Source: Octopus bimaculoides
Taxonomy: Eukaryota
DNA length: 64,000 nucleotides
NCBI RefSeq assembly: GCF_001194135.2
Contig: NC_068986.1
Span: 73,565,036 to 73,629,035 of the forward strand
Reading direction: 5' to 3'
The notes under the pieces were generated by a model. The model ran no database searches and was not told the DNA's origin. It saw only the letters and a program-made list of their open reading frames with translations. Shown here piece by piece: positions 13,581 through 24,965 of the stretch. The translations under genes and the position numbers were made by a program. Each line of letters begins with the position of its first letter. Position 1 is the stretch's first letter.

Positions 13581-14159
13581 TTTGACATATTAAAAAGTTT
13601 GACAGTTACAAGTATTCCATGCTGAAGCATGGAATAAACTACCTGCATCAGTTGTTAGCTGCCAGGACACTACATCCTTCAAAACTTCCATGCTTCCTGA
13701 AATTCACCAACAGTACACCTGATGCCCCCAACAACCCATGTTGCTTTTTTCTTTCTATTTTTTTACGATTTATTTATTGTTTACTTTCTATGCATTATTC
13801 TATGTTCTGTGCATGCAGTTTTAGTTACATTTTCTGATGAGTTGTAGTGCACCTGAACACTGTATGCAATAAGTTCATTATTATTACTGTCTAAATTGGA
13901 TGGGAAACAGATGGGCTTAGGCTTCACTGTTGAGCTAGAAATAGAGGTCACATATGGAGAGTCTGTTTAGTGTAAATGCTATGAGGGAGGTGGAGACTAT
14001 TTCCTCCATAACTGAAATGGATCAAGGCTGAGAAGTATCCTAATTATATTTTTCAACACATGGTATTAGAGGTGTTTAGGGTAACTGGACCACTGACAAT
14101 GAAACTTCTGTTATTGCCTTGCCAAAGTATCAGGTCATACAAAATTTTAACGTAAACAT

Positions 14160-15365
14160 TTCTGCCAGAGGAAAATTTGCTGAGAAATTTTGTTGTAGGA
14201 AAATTTACTGTATAGGAAAATTCACTATTAATAAAAAAAAATTGCAAAATGGGAATTAGTTTTCTTAAAATGGCAATTTCATCAACCAACCTATTAGAGA
14301 AAGGTAATTTCTTTAAAATGAGTTATCTAGTTTACAGTCTGCTTGTATACTTTTTTTGATGAATATTTCTGTGCAACTAACTCATTGCAATGGTCTATAC
14401 AATGGAAACTAGCAGAGGTGGTGTGAAATTAGTGGATGATTTGGACTGTTTACTGAATAGATAGAAAATACGGTGAAAAAAACGTATTCGAAATATGAAA
14501 ATAAATATTCACAATAACAATTATTACAGGTTGTTTATTTCATATGGATAAGGATATTTATTGCAAGATTGTGGATATTGGTTTAAAGTTGTACTATCAA
14601 ACAGATGCAAAACTTAACAACAAAATCAAATGCTTCACAGCATTAACATTTCTTCCAGTATAGGATGTTATTGATGAGTCTATTGGATTGACTGATGATA
14701 ATTTGTCCCAAGAATTTCTCTCTTATTTTGAAACTCACTATATAGAAAAAGAATGAGGTTGTGGTCAACTTTTCTATTGGCCCACATTTCTTATAGAATT
14801 GTGGAATGCTTTTGAAAGAAATCAAAAATAATATGATCAGAACAAGTAACAATATAGAAGGCTTCCACAATGCAATACAAAGCTCTATTACTAACATGCT
14901 TCCAAATATCTGGAAACTCATAACTTATTTGAAAAGGGAAGAGAGTTTAGCAAGAAAGAAGAAATGTGATTTAGATTAAGGAGATATGGCAGAGACAAAG
15001 AAAATGTATATCGATATTAATGCAAGACTTTAGAGACAAATGCTTCGATATAATCTGCAACAAAAAGTACATTATTTGTGCAGCATTGCTTGGAATTTTC
15101 ATACATTTTAAATGACTTCATCACATTATTTTAATGTTTGACATTGAATAAAAATTTACCTATTTAATGTGGGCCAATAGAAAAGTTAGCCACAACCTCA
15201 TTCTTTATAAAATCTTTTATCATTCTTTTTCATTTTATTTTAAAAATGCTGTTATGATATGCTTTATCGTTGTCCATACTGCAAATTTGTCTTACATTGA
15301 ATTTTCCTATACTTTGAAATTTTCTTACAGTAAATTTTCCTATTTCCTATGGCAAAATTTCTGAA
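14160..15365 (+). mobile_element. Mutator-like (MULE) transposon remnant with subterminal inverted repeats
   Basis: 14525-15110 translates to GCLFH..YQTDAKLNNKIKCFTALTFLP..EFLSYFETHYI..LIELWNAFE..RTSNNIEGFHNAIQS..PNIWKLITYLKREE (MULE C-terminus, RTNNxxEGWH-type motif). Perfect 17-bp inverted match TAGGAAAATTTACTGTA at 14196-14212 and 15326-15342. Confidence 0.8.
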
Positions 15366-15974
15366 CATGTAAATATCAGTTGGTGCTCATATGTGATAAT
15401 GTTGCATGTGAAAATGCTGAAAATGTTTTGGGTTGTCTTAAAATTTATTGAGAGAAATAACATTACTGTCTGTCATTGAGGGTGAAGACCCTCAGTACTC
15501 CTTGCTGTTTTGTGTAATTTATGAAGAAGTGTGTTTGTCTTATTTGACTAATTTATCTTATCATCCACTTAATTGTATTCCTGTGTTTTTCTTTCATGAA
15601 TAAGGAACTAGAATTAAAGAAAATTATTTGAGTTATTCAAAGTGAATGTAAAGAAATGTTGCAATGCATTTTGCTTGGAACTCTTATCCATTTTTTTTCC
15701 ATTGTAAGATAGAATGGCGATTTATATCTCATATATCATGAAGATAGTACAGTGCATTTATATCTCACATATCCATGAATATAATGATTTCTTTCCATGA
15801 AGAACAGGAGTACTTGATGAAAAGAGTACATGATGAAAACAATCCTTGTATTATTAATGTTTATTTTATCCACCTTTAATGGAATTGTAGTCAAAATTAC
15901 TGCCTCTCTGTGGGGCAAAATACATGTGGTCTGACAGTTTACAAATTGTTCCAGCTCCCTCTAGCTGATGCCCT

Positions 15975-16225
15975 CATCATCGTCATCGTCACCATCATCA
16001 CCATCATCATCACCATCATCATCATGATGATGATGATCATCATCATGAGCACAAGAATTCCAAGTTTGAGAAAAAAACACAGCTCATGATGATTATGATG
16101 CAATAAAAATTAATAGTAACAATAAATGATGATGATGATGATGATGATAATTATAATAAATGATGCTAATATTCAGGATTGTATCACCACCACCACCACC
16201 ACCACCACCACCACCACCATCATGG
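15975..16225. repeat. (CAT)n, (GAT)n and (CAC)n trinucleotide cluster
   Basis: Directly visible. Confidence 0.95.
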
Positions 16226-16594
16226 CCATTACTGAATCCGATTGTGTCTTTTTGCTCCTGGCTAACAATGTTAGTGAATTTTAGTGAAAAATCAATGATG
16301 TGTAAAATACTGGATCAGTGACTGAAGCAACAGATGAATCTCAGGTCATGCTTGAATGATCTTTGCAGATTATCTCTTCTCCTTGATTGCACACTGCAGA
16401 TAATTAACAGTTATAAGCTAGAAAGATATATTAAAGACATGATTGAGTTGACGCACACACATATGTATATATATATATACATATACAAACACACACACAC
16501 ATATGAGTGTATGTTATTATGCTTTTGCATTTTCAACTGCTTTTTTTTCATTTATTCATCATTTTAATGAGAAAGAGTTGAGCTTAAGTAAACT

Positions 16595-16646
<52 letters not shown>

Positions 16647-16810
16647 TTCTATTCTGCAAATTAATTTCTTTACTGTAGCTCTGATGAAACTAAAAACTGT
16701 CAATCTTCAAACAAAAACATGCCAACGTTCATTATTGCTAGGGTGGGGAAAGACCAAACAAAATTCTAATAAAATTGTAAAACTGAATGTGTTTATATAT
16801 TCATTATATT

Positions 16811-16841
<31 letters not shown>

Positions 16842-17284
16842 ATATATTTTTATCTTCTAAGCTTTTCTTTTTTACTTGCTTCAGTCATTGGACTACAGCC
16901 ATGCTGGGACACTAATTTGAAGGGTTTAGTTGAACAAATCAACCCCAGTACTTTAAATCTAGTACTTTTGCCAAATTGCTACATTATAGAGATGTAATGC
17001 ACCAACATCGATTGCCAAGTGGTGGTATCTGAACTCTATACACTCTACCTACATACCCCCACTGACTATTTTATATTGATATCCCCCATTCACTTTTATT
17101 CCTTTCCTTTCAAGTGCTGATGCAACAATTAAAATGCATTTTCAGGGTGCATTTTGTGTGTGTGCATGCATGTGTGTGTGTGGTGCTATGCAGAAAAGCA
17201 TCTGATACAATTTGTAAAGCAGTTGGGATTAGGAACGGTATTCTGCCAAATCATTGTCATTAACAACAACACCATCATCAACAA

Positions 17285-17526
17285 CATCATCATCATCATT
17301 TTAATGTCTACTTTTCGATGCTTGCATGGGTCAGACAAGATTTTGTTGAGCTGGATTTTCTACAGCCTGATGCCCTTGCCATTGTGAACCCTCACCTTTG
17401 TCCAAGTACAGTATTATTTCTCCCCATGACCAGACATGCTTGTATTGAAGAGTGGGAAAGAGGACACCACTTGTTTGACAGTGACACTCATTTACAACTA
17501 TCACATGATGTCAAGTCAAGGAGACT
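17285..17526 (-). mobile_element. Retroposon sharing an RTE-like 3' tail (related copies 24310-24570 + and 49670-49790 -)
   Basis: GCATGGGTCAGA..TTTTCTACAG..GATGCCCTT..AACCCTCACC..TTTACAACTATCACATGATGTCAAG; (CAT)n tail at the left end. Confidence 0.75.
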
Positions 17527-17874
17527 TTAACATAGAAATAAAACTCACAAGTGAAATATGGTTCATGGAAAGCTGATGTAAATCGATGATGGTTGTGATG
17601 ATGATGGTGGTGATGATGATGGTGGTGATGATGATGACAACTTGTGTTTGTATTTACAGTTTTAAACTTATATTTGAACATGTCTTTGATTAAGTGCCTT
17701 TTATATCAAGAAAGCTACTAAATATCAATGCTGTTATTAAACATTTTCTAGCACTATATTGAATTTATTTGCTGTAGTTAACAGATTTTATTTAAAATAT
17801 TTGCAGTTTACGTTTCATCAGAATATAGTAAGTTATTTAATGAACAAATTATTTAGAAAAAGTCAATAGTTAAT

Positions 17875-18296
17875 AGGTGCAGGAGTGGCTGTGTGGTAGG
17901 TAAGTAGCTTGCTTACGAACCACATCATTCCAGGTTCAGTCCCACTCTGTGGCACCTTGGGCAAGTGTCTTCTACTATAGCCTCGGGCCAACCAAATCTT
18001 TGTGGGTGGATTTGGTAGATGGAAACTGAACGAAGCTTGTCGTATATATGTATATATATATATATATGTATATGTGTGTGTGTGTGTTTGTGTGTCTGTG
18101 TTTGTCCCCCCAACATCGCTTGACAACCGATGGTGGTGTGTTTACGTCCCCATAAGTTAGCAGTTTGGCAAAAGAGACGGATATAATAAGTATTAGGCTT
18201 CCAAAGAATAAGTCCTGGGGTCGATTTGCTCGACTAAAGGCGGTGCTCCAGCATGGCCGCAGTCAAATAACTGAAATAAGTAGAAGAGTAAAAGAG
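17875..18296 (+). mobile_element. Main tRNA-derived SINE, full length
   Basis: Complete head, internal TA/TG microsatellite and tail ..GAAGAGTAAAAGAG. Confidence 0.95.
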
Positions 18297-18477
18297 TTTT
18301 TTTCAGTAAGTAATATTTTGATTTGGTTTTGTTTCAAATGAAAGTGCAGCTATTTCTTATCTTTTACTAGTTTCAGTCATTTGACTATTACCATGATGGT
18401 GCACTGCTTTGAAGGGTTTAGTTGAATTAACCACTCTCAGTACTTATTTTTTTTTTAAAAGTCCATTACTTATTCAT

Positions 18478-18815
18478 GAAGGTGCATAGCTCAGTGGTAA
18501 GAGCATCAGACTTACAATCATGAGGTAGTGTGTTTGATTCCTGGACCAGGCTGTCTGTTGTGTTCTTGAGCAAGACACTTTATTTCACATTGCTCCAGTT
18601 CACTCGGCTGTAGAAATGAGTTGACATCACTGATGCCAAGCTGTATCAGCCCTTTTTGCCTTTCCCTTGAATAACATCGGTGGCATGGAGAGGGGAGGCT
18701 GGTATGCATGGGTGACTGCTGGTCTTCCATAAAAAACAATCTTGCATGGACTTGTGCCTCTGAGGGGATATTTCTCGGTGCAATCCCATGGTCATTCATG
18801 ACTGAAGGGGATTCC
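18478..18815 (+). mobile_element. Second tRNA-derived SINE family with CORE-like body (paralog 32378-32710)
   Basis: TAGCTCAGTGGT (A box), GTTTGATTCC (B box), CTTGAGCAAGACACTTTATTTCACATTGCTCCAG, tail CCCATGGTCATTCATGACTGAAGGG. Confidence 0.85.
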
Positions 18816-18829
18816 TGGTACTTATTCTA

Positions 18830-19180
18830 TTGGTCACCTTTGCTGAATCAAGTTACAGGGACATAAACGAACAAATCCATACCAGTTGTTGAGTGGTGAG
18901 GGGACAGGCAAAACAAAAGGACACATGCACATAAACACACATACATGTGCACTTGTACATGTGCACACAGGCGCAAAGAGCCACACACAAATATGCACAT
19001 GCCTTTATTTCGATAGCTTTCTTTCAGTTTCCATCTACCAAATCCACTCACAAAGCTTTGCTTGTCTCAGTGCTATAGTAGAAATCACTTGCTCAAGGTG
19101 CAACACAGTGGGACTGAATCTAGAATCAAGTAACCAAGTGGTTGGAAAGCAAACTTCTTACCACACAACCATGTTTGCAT
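18830..19180 (-). mobile_element. Main SINE, diverged copy
   Basis: Reverse complement of the SINE consensus (CTTTCAGTTTCCATCTACCAAATCCACTCACAAAGCTTTG..). Confidence 0.85.
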
Positions 19181-19221
19181 GTGTTAATTCTGGATTGATT
19201 CTTTTGATGAAGAAAAATACT

Positions 19222-19826
19222 ATGGCTGTGTGGTAGGAAGCTTGCTTCCCAAAAACGTAGTTTCAGGTTCAGTCCTACATTGTGGCACCTTGGGCAAGTG
19301 TCTTCTACTATAGCTTCAGGCCAACCAAAGCTTTGTGGGTAGATTTGGTAGACAGAAACTGAAAGAAGTCCGCCGTGTATATATATATATATATATATGG
19401 AAATGTGCTGTGCGTGAGAAGACCCGGCAAGCCAAGTAAGATCATTGTCAGTGCCCCTGGACTGGCTCTTGTGCAGGTGGCACATGAGATGCACCATTTT
19501 GAGCGTGACTGTTGCCAGTACCACCTGACTGGCTCCCGTAGGATTTTTCGAGTGAGATCGTTGCCAGTGCCCCTGAACTGGCTTGTGCGGGTGGCACATA
19601 AAAGACACCATTTCGAGTGTGGCCATTTTCGTGCGGGTGACACGTAAAAGCACCCACTACACTCTCTGAGTGGTTGGCGTTAGGAAGGGCATCCAGCTGT
19701 AGAAACTCTGCCAAATTAGATTGGAGCCTGGTGTTGCCGTCCGGTTTCACCGGTCCTCAGTCAAATCGTCCAACCCATGCTAGCATGGAAAGCGGACGTT
19801 AAACGATGATGATGATGATGATGATG

Positions 19827-19859
<33 letters not shown>

Positions 19860-20105
19860 AAGTATTGGTATCTAGAAGACCCATATGTATATATCTGTGT
19901 ATATGTGCTTGTGTTTGTGCCCCCATCACCACTCGACAACTGGTGTGTTTACATCCTTGTAACTTAGTGGTTCAACAAAAGAGACCAATAGAATATGTAC
20001 CAGGCTTACAAAGAATAAGTCATGGGGTCAATTTCTTCGACTAAAACCCTTTAAGGCGATGCTCCAGCATGGCCACAGTCAAATGACTGAAACAAATAAA
20101 AGAAT
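19222..20105 (+). mobile_element. Main SINE split by an RTE insertion (head 19222-19378, tail 19860-20105)
   Basis: Head and tail are colinear with the consensus; an RTE 3' fragment sits in the internal (TA)n. Confidence 0.85.
19398..19828 (+). mobile_element. Young RTE LINE 3' fragment
   Basis: GGAAATGTGCTGTGCGTGAGAAGACCCGGCAAGCCAAGTAA (KCAVREKTRQAK*), 3'UTR and (GAT)n. Highly similar to 33331-33775; CpGs retained. Confidence 0.92.
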
Positions 20106-20126
20106 TAAAAAATATAAATGAATCAA

Positions 20127-20261
20127 ACTAACGATATTAATGCTTTGACATCTTTATTTTAGGCTGGTAGCTGTGATAAAAGGAAAGACTAGTGTTACAA
20201 AAGGAATACATCTCACAAAGGGACTCATGTGATGTGGATATAGGTGTTGTTGGATGAGGCT
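20127..20261 (+). promoter_or_regulatory. Branch point, 3' splice site and 5'UTR part of the exon (exon starts 20163)
   Basis: Branch-like ACTAAC at 20127-20132, pyrimidine tract TGCTTTGACATCTTTATTTTAG ending 20162. In-frame stops at 20190 and 20241 make 20163-20261 untranslated in the main frame. Confidence 0.6.
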
Positions 20262-20399
20262 ATGGCTGCTGCAGAATTCCAGGGTACAGATGCTGCCGCC
20301 GCCGCTGCTCACTGGCAGGAAAGATGCCATACTTTGGAGGCATCCCTGGAAAAATTTCGTTTGCAAACGCTTAGGATACGGGAAGCATTGGGAGAGCAG
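20262..20399 (+). CDS. PLEKHH1/2: First coding exon of a pleckstrin-homology/MyTH4/FERM protein (PLEKHH1/PLEKHH2/MAX-1 family), N-terminal coiled-coil start, 46 codons, phase-0 donor
   Basis: HWQERCHTLEASLEKFRLQTLRIREALGEQ aligns with the recalled N-termini of human PLEKHH2 ([30 protein letters not shown]) and PLEKHH1 ([30 protein letters not shown]). ATG in good context (GCTATGG). In-frame TAG at 20241-43 closes the frame upstream. Donor CAG|GTGAGT at 20399/20400. GC and CpG content higher than flanks. Confidence 0.82.
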
Positions 20400-20769
20400 G
20401 TGAGTACTTTAATTTGTTCTGAATGCTTTTAGGGAGATTTCTTGTATTTCAGAAATATAAAATAATTGCTGGTATAGCTATGTGGTAAGAAGTTTGCTTC
20501 CCAACCAAATAATTCCATGTTCAGTCCCACTGGGTAGCACCTTGATGACATGACCAGCCCAGTTAAGAAGTGCAAAGCAGAGGAGAAAAGAGCCTGCAAA
20601 TAAACCACCTGCACTGATCTGTAATCATACTTGCAGCACCTGTGGGTTTCTTTGCAAATCATTGGTGGGGCTCAGATGTCACATTCAACTTAAGCATTAC
20701 AACTGACAAAGACAGTGTAGGTTGTCAGATCCTCATATGTTGAAACTGACGGGAGAGTCAGTCATATAT

Positions 20770-20926
20770 TCTTTTACTTGTTTCAGTCATTTGACTGCAG
20801 CCATGCTGGAGCACCACCCTTAGTTGAACAAATCGACCCCAGGACTTATTCTTTGTAAGCCTAATACTTATTCTATCAGCCTCTTTTGCCAAACTAAGTT
20901 ACGGTGAGGTAAACACACCAACATCG
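20770..20926 (-). mobile_element. Main SINE, 3' tail fragment
   Basis: TTCTTTTACTTGTTTCAGTCATTTGACTGCAGCCATGCTGGAGCACC..GACCCCAGGACTTATTCTTTGTAAGCC. Confidence 0.9.
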
Positions 20927-21249
20927 GTATATATACTAGCTGTATTACCTGGTAAAAGCAGGGGTTATTTCCAGTTCCTACTCCTATTACACTGTTTCAT
21001 GTCTTATCATGTTTCCTGTTCAGTTCCGGTTTTAGTTCTGCTCCCATTCCTATCCCCAATCCTATGTCGATATAAATTTTAAAATCAGTCAAGTGTAATT
21101 AAGCCATTGAATATTTTATTAACCTTTATGGTAATAGATTATTGCTAAAAATAGGTATTATAAACTATTAATATGATTAGTGGGTGAATAAAGAATGTCC
21201 CTATATTGTTTTAACAAATGACTATGCATTTGAGTGAAATAAATTAGAT

Positions 21250-21474
21250 ACTCTCTTTTTACTCTTTTACTTGTTTCAGTTATTTGACTGCGGCCATGCT
21301 GGAGCACCGCCTTTAGTCGAACAAATCGACCCCAGGACTTATTCTTTGGCAGCCTAGTACTTATTCTATCGGTCTCTTTTGCCGAACCACTAAGTTACAG
21401 GGACGTAAACACACCAGCATCGGTTGTCAAGCGATGTTGGGGGGATATACACAGACACACAAACACATACACAC

Positions 21475-21543
<69 letters not shown>

Positions 21544-21709
21544 CATATATACGACGGGCTTCTTTCAGTTTCCGTCTACTAAATCTGCTCACAAGGCTTT
21601 GGTCAGCCCGAGGTTATAGTAGAAGACACTTGCCCAAGGTGCCACGCAGTGGGTCTGAACCCAGAATCATGTGGTTCGTTAGCAAGCTACTTATCACACA
21701 GCCACTCCT
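21250..21709 (-). mobile_element. Main SINE, full length
   Basis: Complete reverse complement of the consensus, with internal (CA)n/(TA)n. Confidence 0.95.
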
Positions 21710-22033
21710 AGGTAGATTTATAAATACATTGACAAATAGTTCACACACTGTAGCTGGTGTTCTCATGTGTTGTACTTATCGTAGCTGATTTGTAAACATG
21801 TGCTACAGACACATCCCTGGGGTGGGGCTTTATAGATTTTCATTGAAATCCAATTCGCCTATAATTCAGCTGGATGTTAGGAACAAATGAATAAAAAAAT
21901 ATCGAATTTAACATGGAAAATTATTCCAATATACCAAATTTGAAAATGTTGATGTCATTTTGAAATCTCTCAATATGTGACAGCAACAGGGAAGACCTTA
22001 CAAAAGTAGGGAGACAAACAGTTATAGGATGTG

Positions 22034-22131
<98 letters not shown>

Positions 22132-22640
22132 AATCACGAGTTTAAAATGGTATATTGTAGATATGTGTATGTATGTACGTATGCATGTGTCTGTGTGTGA
22201 ATGTTTCTTTTTGATGGACAGCAGAAAAGCCACCTACCCCCTCTCTCAAAGCTATGTATTCCTCACACCCACTTTATGTGTGTGTGTTTGTGTGTATTGT
22301 ATCTATGTATTTATGAAAGTATGTATGCAATGTCACGTATATATGACAACTCTATTAATGCTACCATCCCATTTCACCGTTGTTTTTGCCTTCACTGATG
22401 TAAGTCAAACTCTCTCTGTTACCACCTCAGACATACTTTTTGCAACTTTCTCATTTTATCATATAATTTGCCCAACGCCTCTGGGGGACACATTATGAAA
22501 TTTTGAAATCCAATTAGCCTATTATTGAACTGGATGTTAGTGTTACATGTATGTAAAGTTTCATGAATATTGGTTCAGTGGTTTAGGCACTAAGTTGGTA
22601 ACAGACAGACAGAAATTGCTATATACTCCTTTTTTTTTTT

Positions 22641-22801
22641 ACTTTAGTCAAGCAAATCGACCCTAGGACTTATTCTTTGTAAGCCTTGTACTTATTCTAT
22701 CGGTCTCTTTAGCCGAATCACTAAGTTACGGGGATATAAACACACCAGTATAATTTATCAGGCAATGTTGGGGAGACAAAGACAGATACACAAACATATA
22801 T

Positions 22802-22840
<39 letters not shown>

Positions 22841-23005
22841 CGACGGGCTTCTTTCAATTTCTGTCTGCCAAATCCACTCACAAGGCTTTGGTCAGCCCGA
22901 GGCTATAGTAGAAGACACTTTCCCAAGGTGCCACACAATGGGGCTGAACCCAGAACCATGTGGTTGGTAAGCAAGCTACTTAGCACACAGCCACTCCTGT
23001 GCCTA
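22641..23005 (-). mobile_element. Main SINE, near full length
   Basis: Reverse complement of the consensus; runs into an N-gap at 23008. Confidence 0.93.
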
Positions 23006-23368
23006 TANNNNNNNNNNNNNNNNNNNNNNNNNNNNNNNNNNNNNNNNNNNNNNNNNNNNNNNNNNNNNNNNNNNNNNNNNNNNNNNNNNNNNNNNNNNNN
23101 NNNNNNNNNNNNNNNNNNNNNNNNNNNNNNNNNNNNNNNNNNNNNNNNNNNNNNNNNNNNNNNNNNNNNNNNNNNNNNNNNNNNNNNNNNNNNNNNNNNN
23201 NNNNNNNNNNNNNNNNNNNNNNNNNNNNNNNNNNNNNNNNNNNNNNNNNNNNNNNNNNNNNNNNNNNNNNNNNNNNNNNNNNNNATATATATATATATAT
23301 ATATGTATGTGTATATATATATATATATTTATTTATTTATGTGTTTCAGCCAAGTGGCTGCGGTCATG

Positions 23369-23406
<38 letters not shown>

Positions 23407-23409
<3 letters not shown>

Positions 23410-23679
23410 TGTGGTTAGCAACAGGGCTTGCTGTGTATGTGAATAAAAATCCAAATTTACTAAGTGGAGCAGGTAAAATCCAGGCTACATATGTTTCCAA
23501 GCTAGCAGAACCTCAGAAGTAATAACCTGATGAATAGCAAGTGAAATACCCCTTGTTGAGTCATTACTACTTCCGAGGTTCTACTAGGTGGGAAACATAT
23601 GTAGACTGGATTTTACCTTCATTCCCTAAATTTGGATTTTTATTTGCATACACAGCAACTCCAGTTGCTAACTGTGAAC
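23407..23679. mobile_element. Palindromic (fold-back) MITE flanked by TA
   Basis: Left arm 23407-~23525 is the reverse complement of right arm ~23562-23679 at roughly 80% by eye, including exact blocks AATAAAAATCCAAATTTA, AGGTAAAATCCAG and CTACATATGTTTCC. TA at 23405-06 and 23680-81. Confidence 0.8.
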
Positions 23680-23873
23680 TATGAAATGACTTTTTTCAGC
23701 TTATCGAATTTGATATGAGAAAAACTTATAACCTTCTTCAATAGACCATTATTGTTCCTGAAAGTTGCTTTTTCTTCCTTCTACAGACTGCTTGAAGTTT
23801 AATAACTTCCTACACCTGAATCCTTGGATCTTATCTTTACATAACATATATGTATATATATACATATATATAT

Positions 23874-24245
23874 GTTGTTGTTGGCACTCTGTCGCTTACA
23901 AAGTCGAGGGTTCCAGTTGATCCATGCTTGTGAAATTAATGTGCAAGTGGCTGAGCACTCCACAGACACGTGTACCCTTAACGTAGTTCTCGGGGATATT
24001 CAGCGTGACACAGTGTGACAAGGCTGACCCTTTGAATTACATGCACAACAGAAACAGGAAGTAAGAGTGAGAGAAAGTTGTGGTGAAAGAGTACAGCAGG
24101 GTTCGCCACCATCCCCTGCCGGAGCCTCGTGGAGCTTTAGGTGTTTTCGCTCAATAAACACTCACAACACCCGGTCTGGGAATCGAAGCCGTGATCCTAT
24201 GACCGCGAGTCCGCTGCCCTAACCACTGGGCCATTTCGCCTCCAC
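23874..24245 (-). mobile_element. Third tRNA-derived SINE family (young; copies 40625-41005 + and 48044-48423 +)
   Basis: Reverse complement of GTGGAGGCGAAATGGCCCAGTGGTTAGGGCAGCGGACTCGCGG..GGCTTCGATTCCCAGACC..GAGTGCCAACAAC. Confidence 0.93.
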
Positions 24246-24965
24246 ATATATATATATGTATATATGCATGTATGTATATATGTATGTATGTATGTATGTA
24301 TGGTATATTTTTGCAGGTTTGTGTCTCCTTGTCCTGACACTATGTGATTGTTGTTAATGAATGTCACCATCATGCACGCTGTATCCTTTGTTCCAAATCT
24401 CCCATGAAAACACGTTTGGTTATGGGGAAATATTTGCTTACTTGGAAACAGGTGAGGGTTGGCAACAGGAAGGGCATCTGACCATAGAAAATCTGCTGCA
24501 ACAAAATTCCATCTGACCCATGTGAGCATGGAAAAGTGAATATAAAAATAATGATGATGATGATGATGAATATAGTAAAAGTTAAAGTCTTGTCAAAGTG
24601 ATAAATATTCTAAAGTAATACCACAGCAGTTTGTTTCAATTGATGTTTTCACCCATGTGACATTGATTTATGTCATAGAAACTGAGCCTAAAAGGTAAAA
24701 AAAAGAAGGAAATTGAAGTGAAGGTGCTTAAGTTATCTGACAAGTTTTTTCATGTTGTTGCTGTTTTCCTTCATATTGTTCTAAAGTTTGAAGTTTTGTT
24801 ATCACACAATGATGCTAAGATAATGAAAATAAAAGCTTGCTAGATCTAAAACAATATTTGTTTTCATACATTTTAGAGAGTCTGTACAGCTGCTAGATGC
24901 ATGTTTGTCAGATGATTTATAATTCTGTCTTAATATTCAGTTGTATGGGCATGGCAGGGTTTGGT

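Noticed and set aside
17875-17950. tRNA-like A and B boxes here and in many other copies
   Set aside because: These are SINE heads followed by SINE bodies, with no complete cloverleaf; not tRNA genes.
19126-19750. 175-aa and 111-aa minus-strand ORFs repeated at 33107-33700 and 43035-43422
   Set aside because: Antisense readings of the RTE 3'UTR and SINE; recurrence reflects repeat copies, not a gene family.
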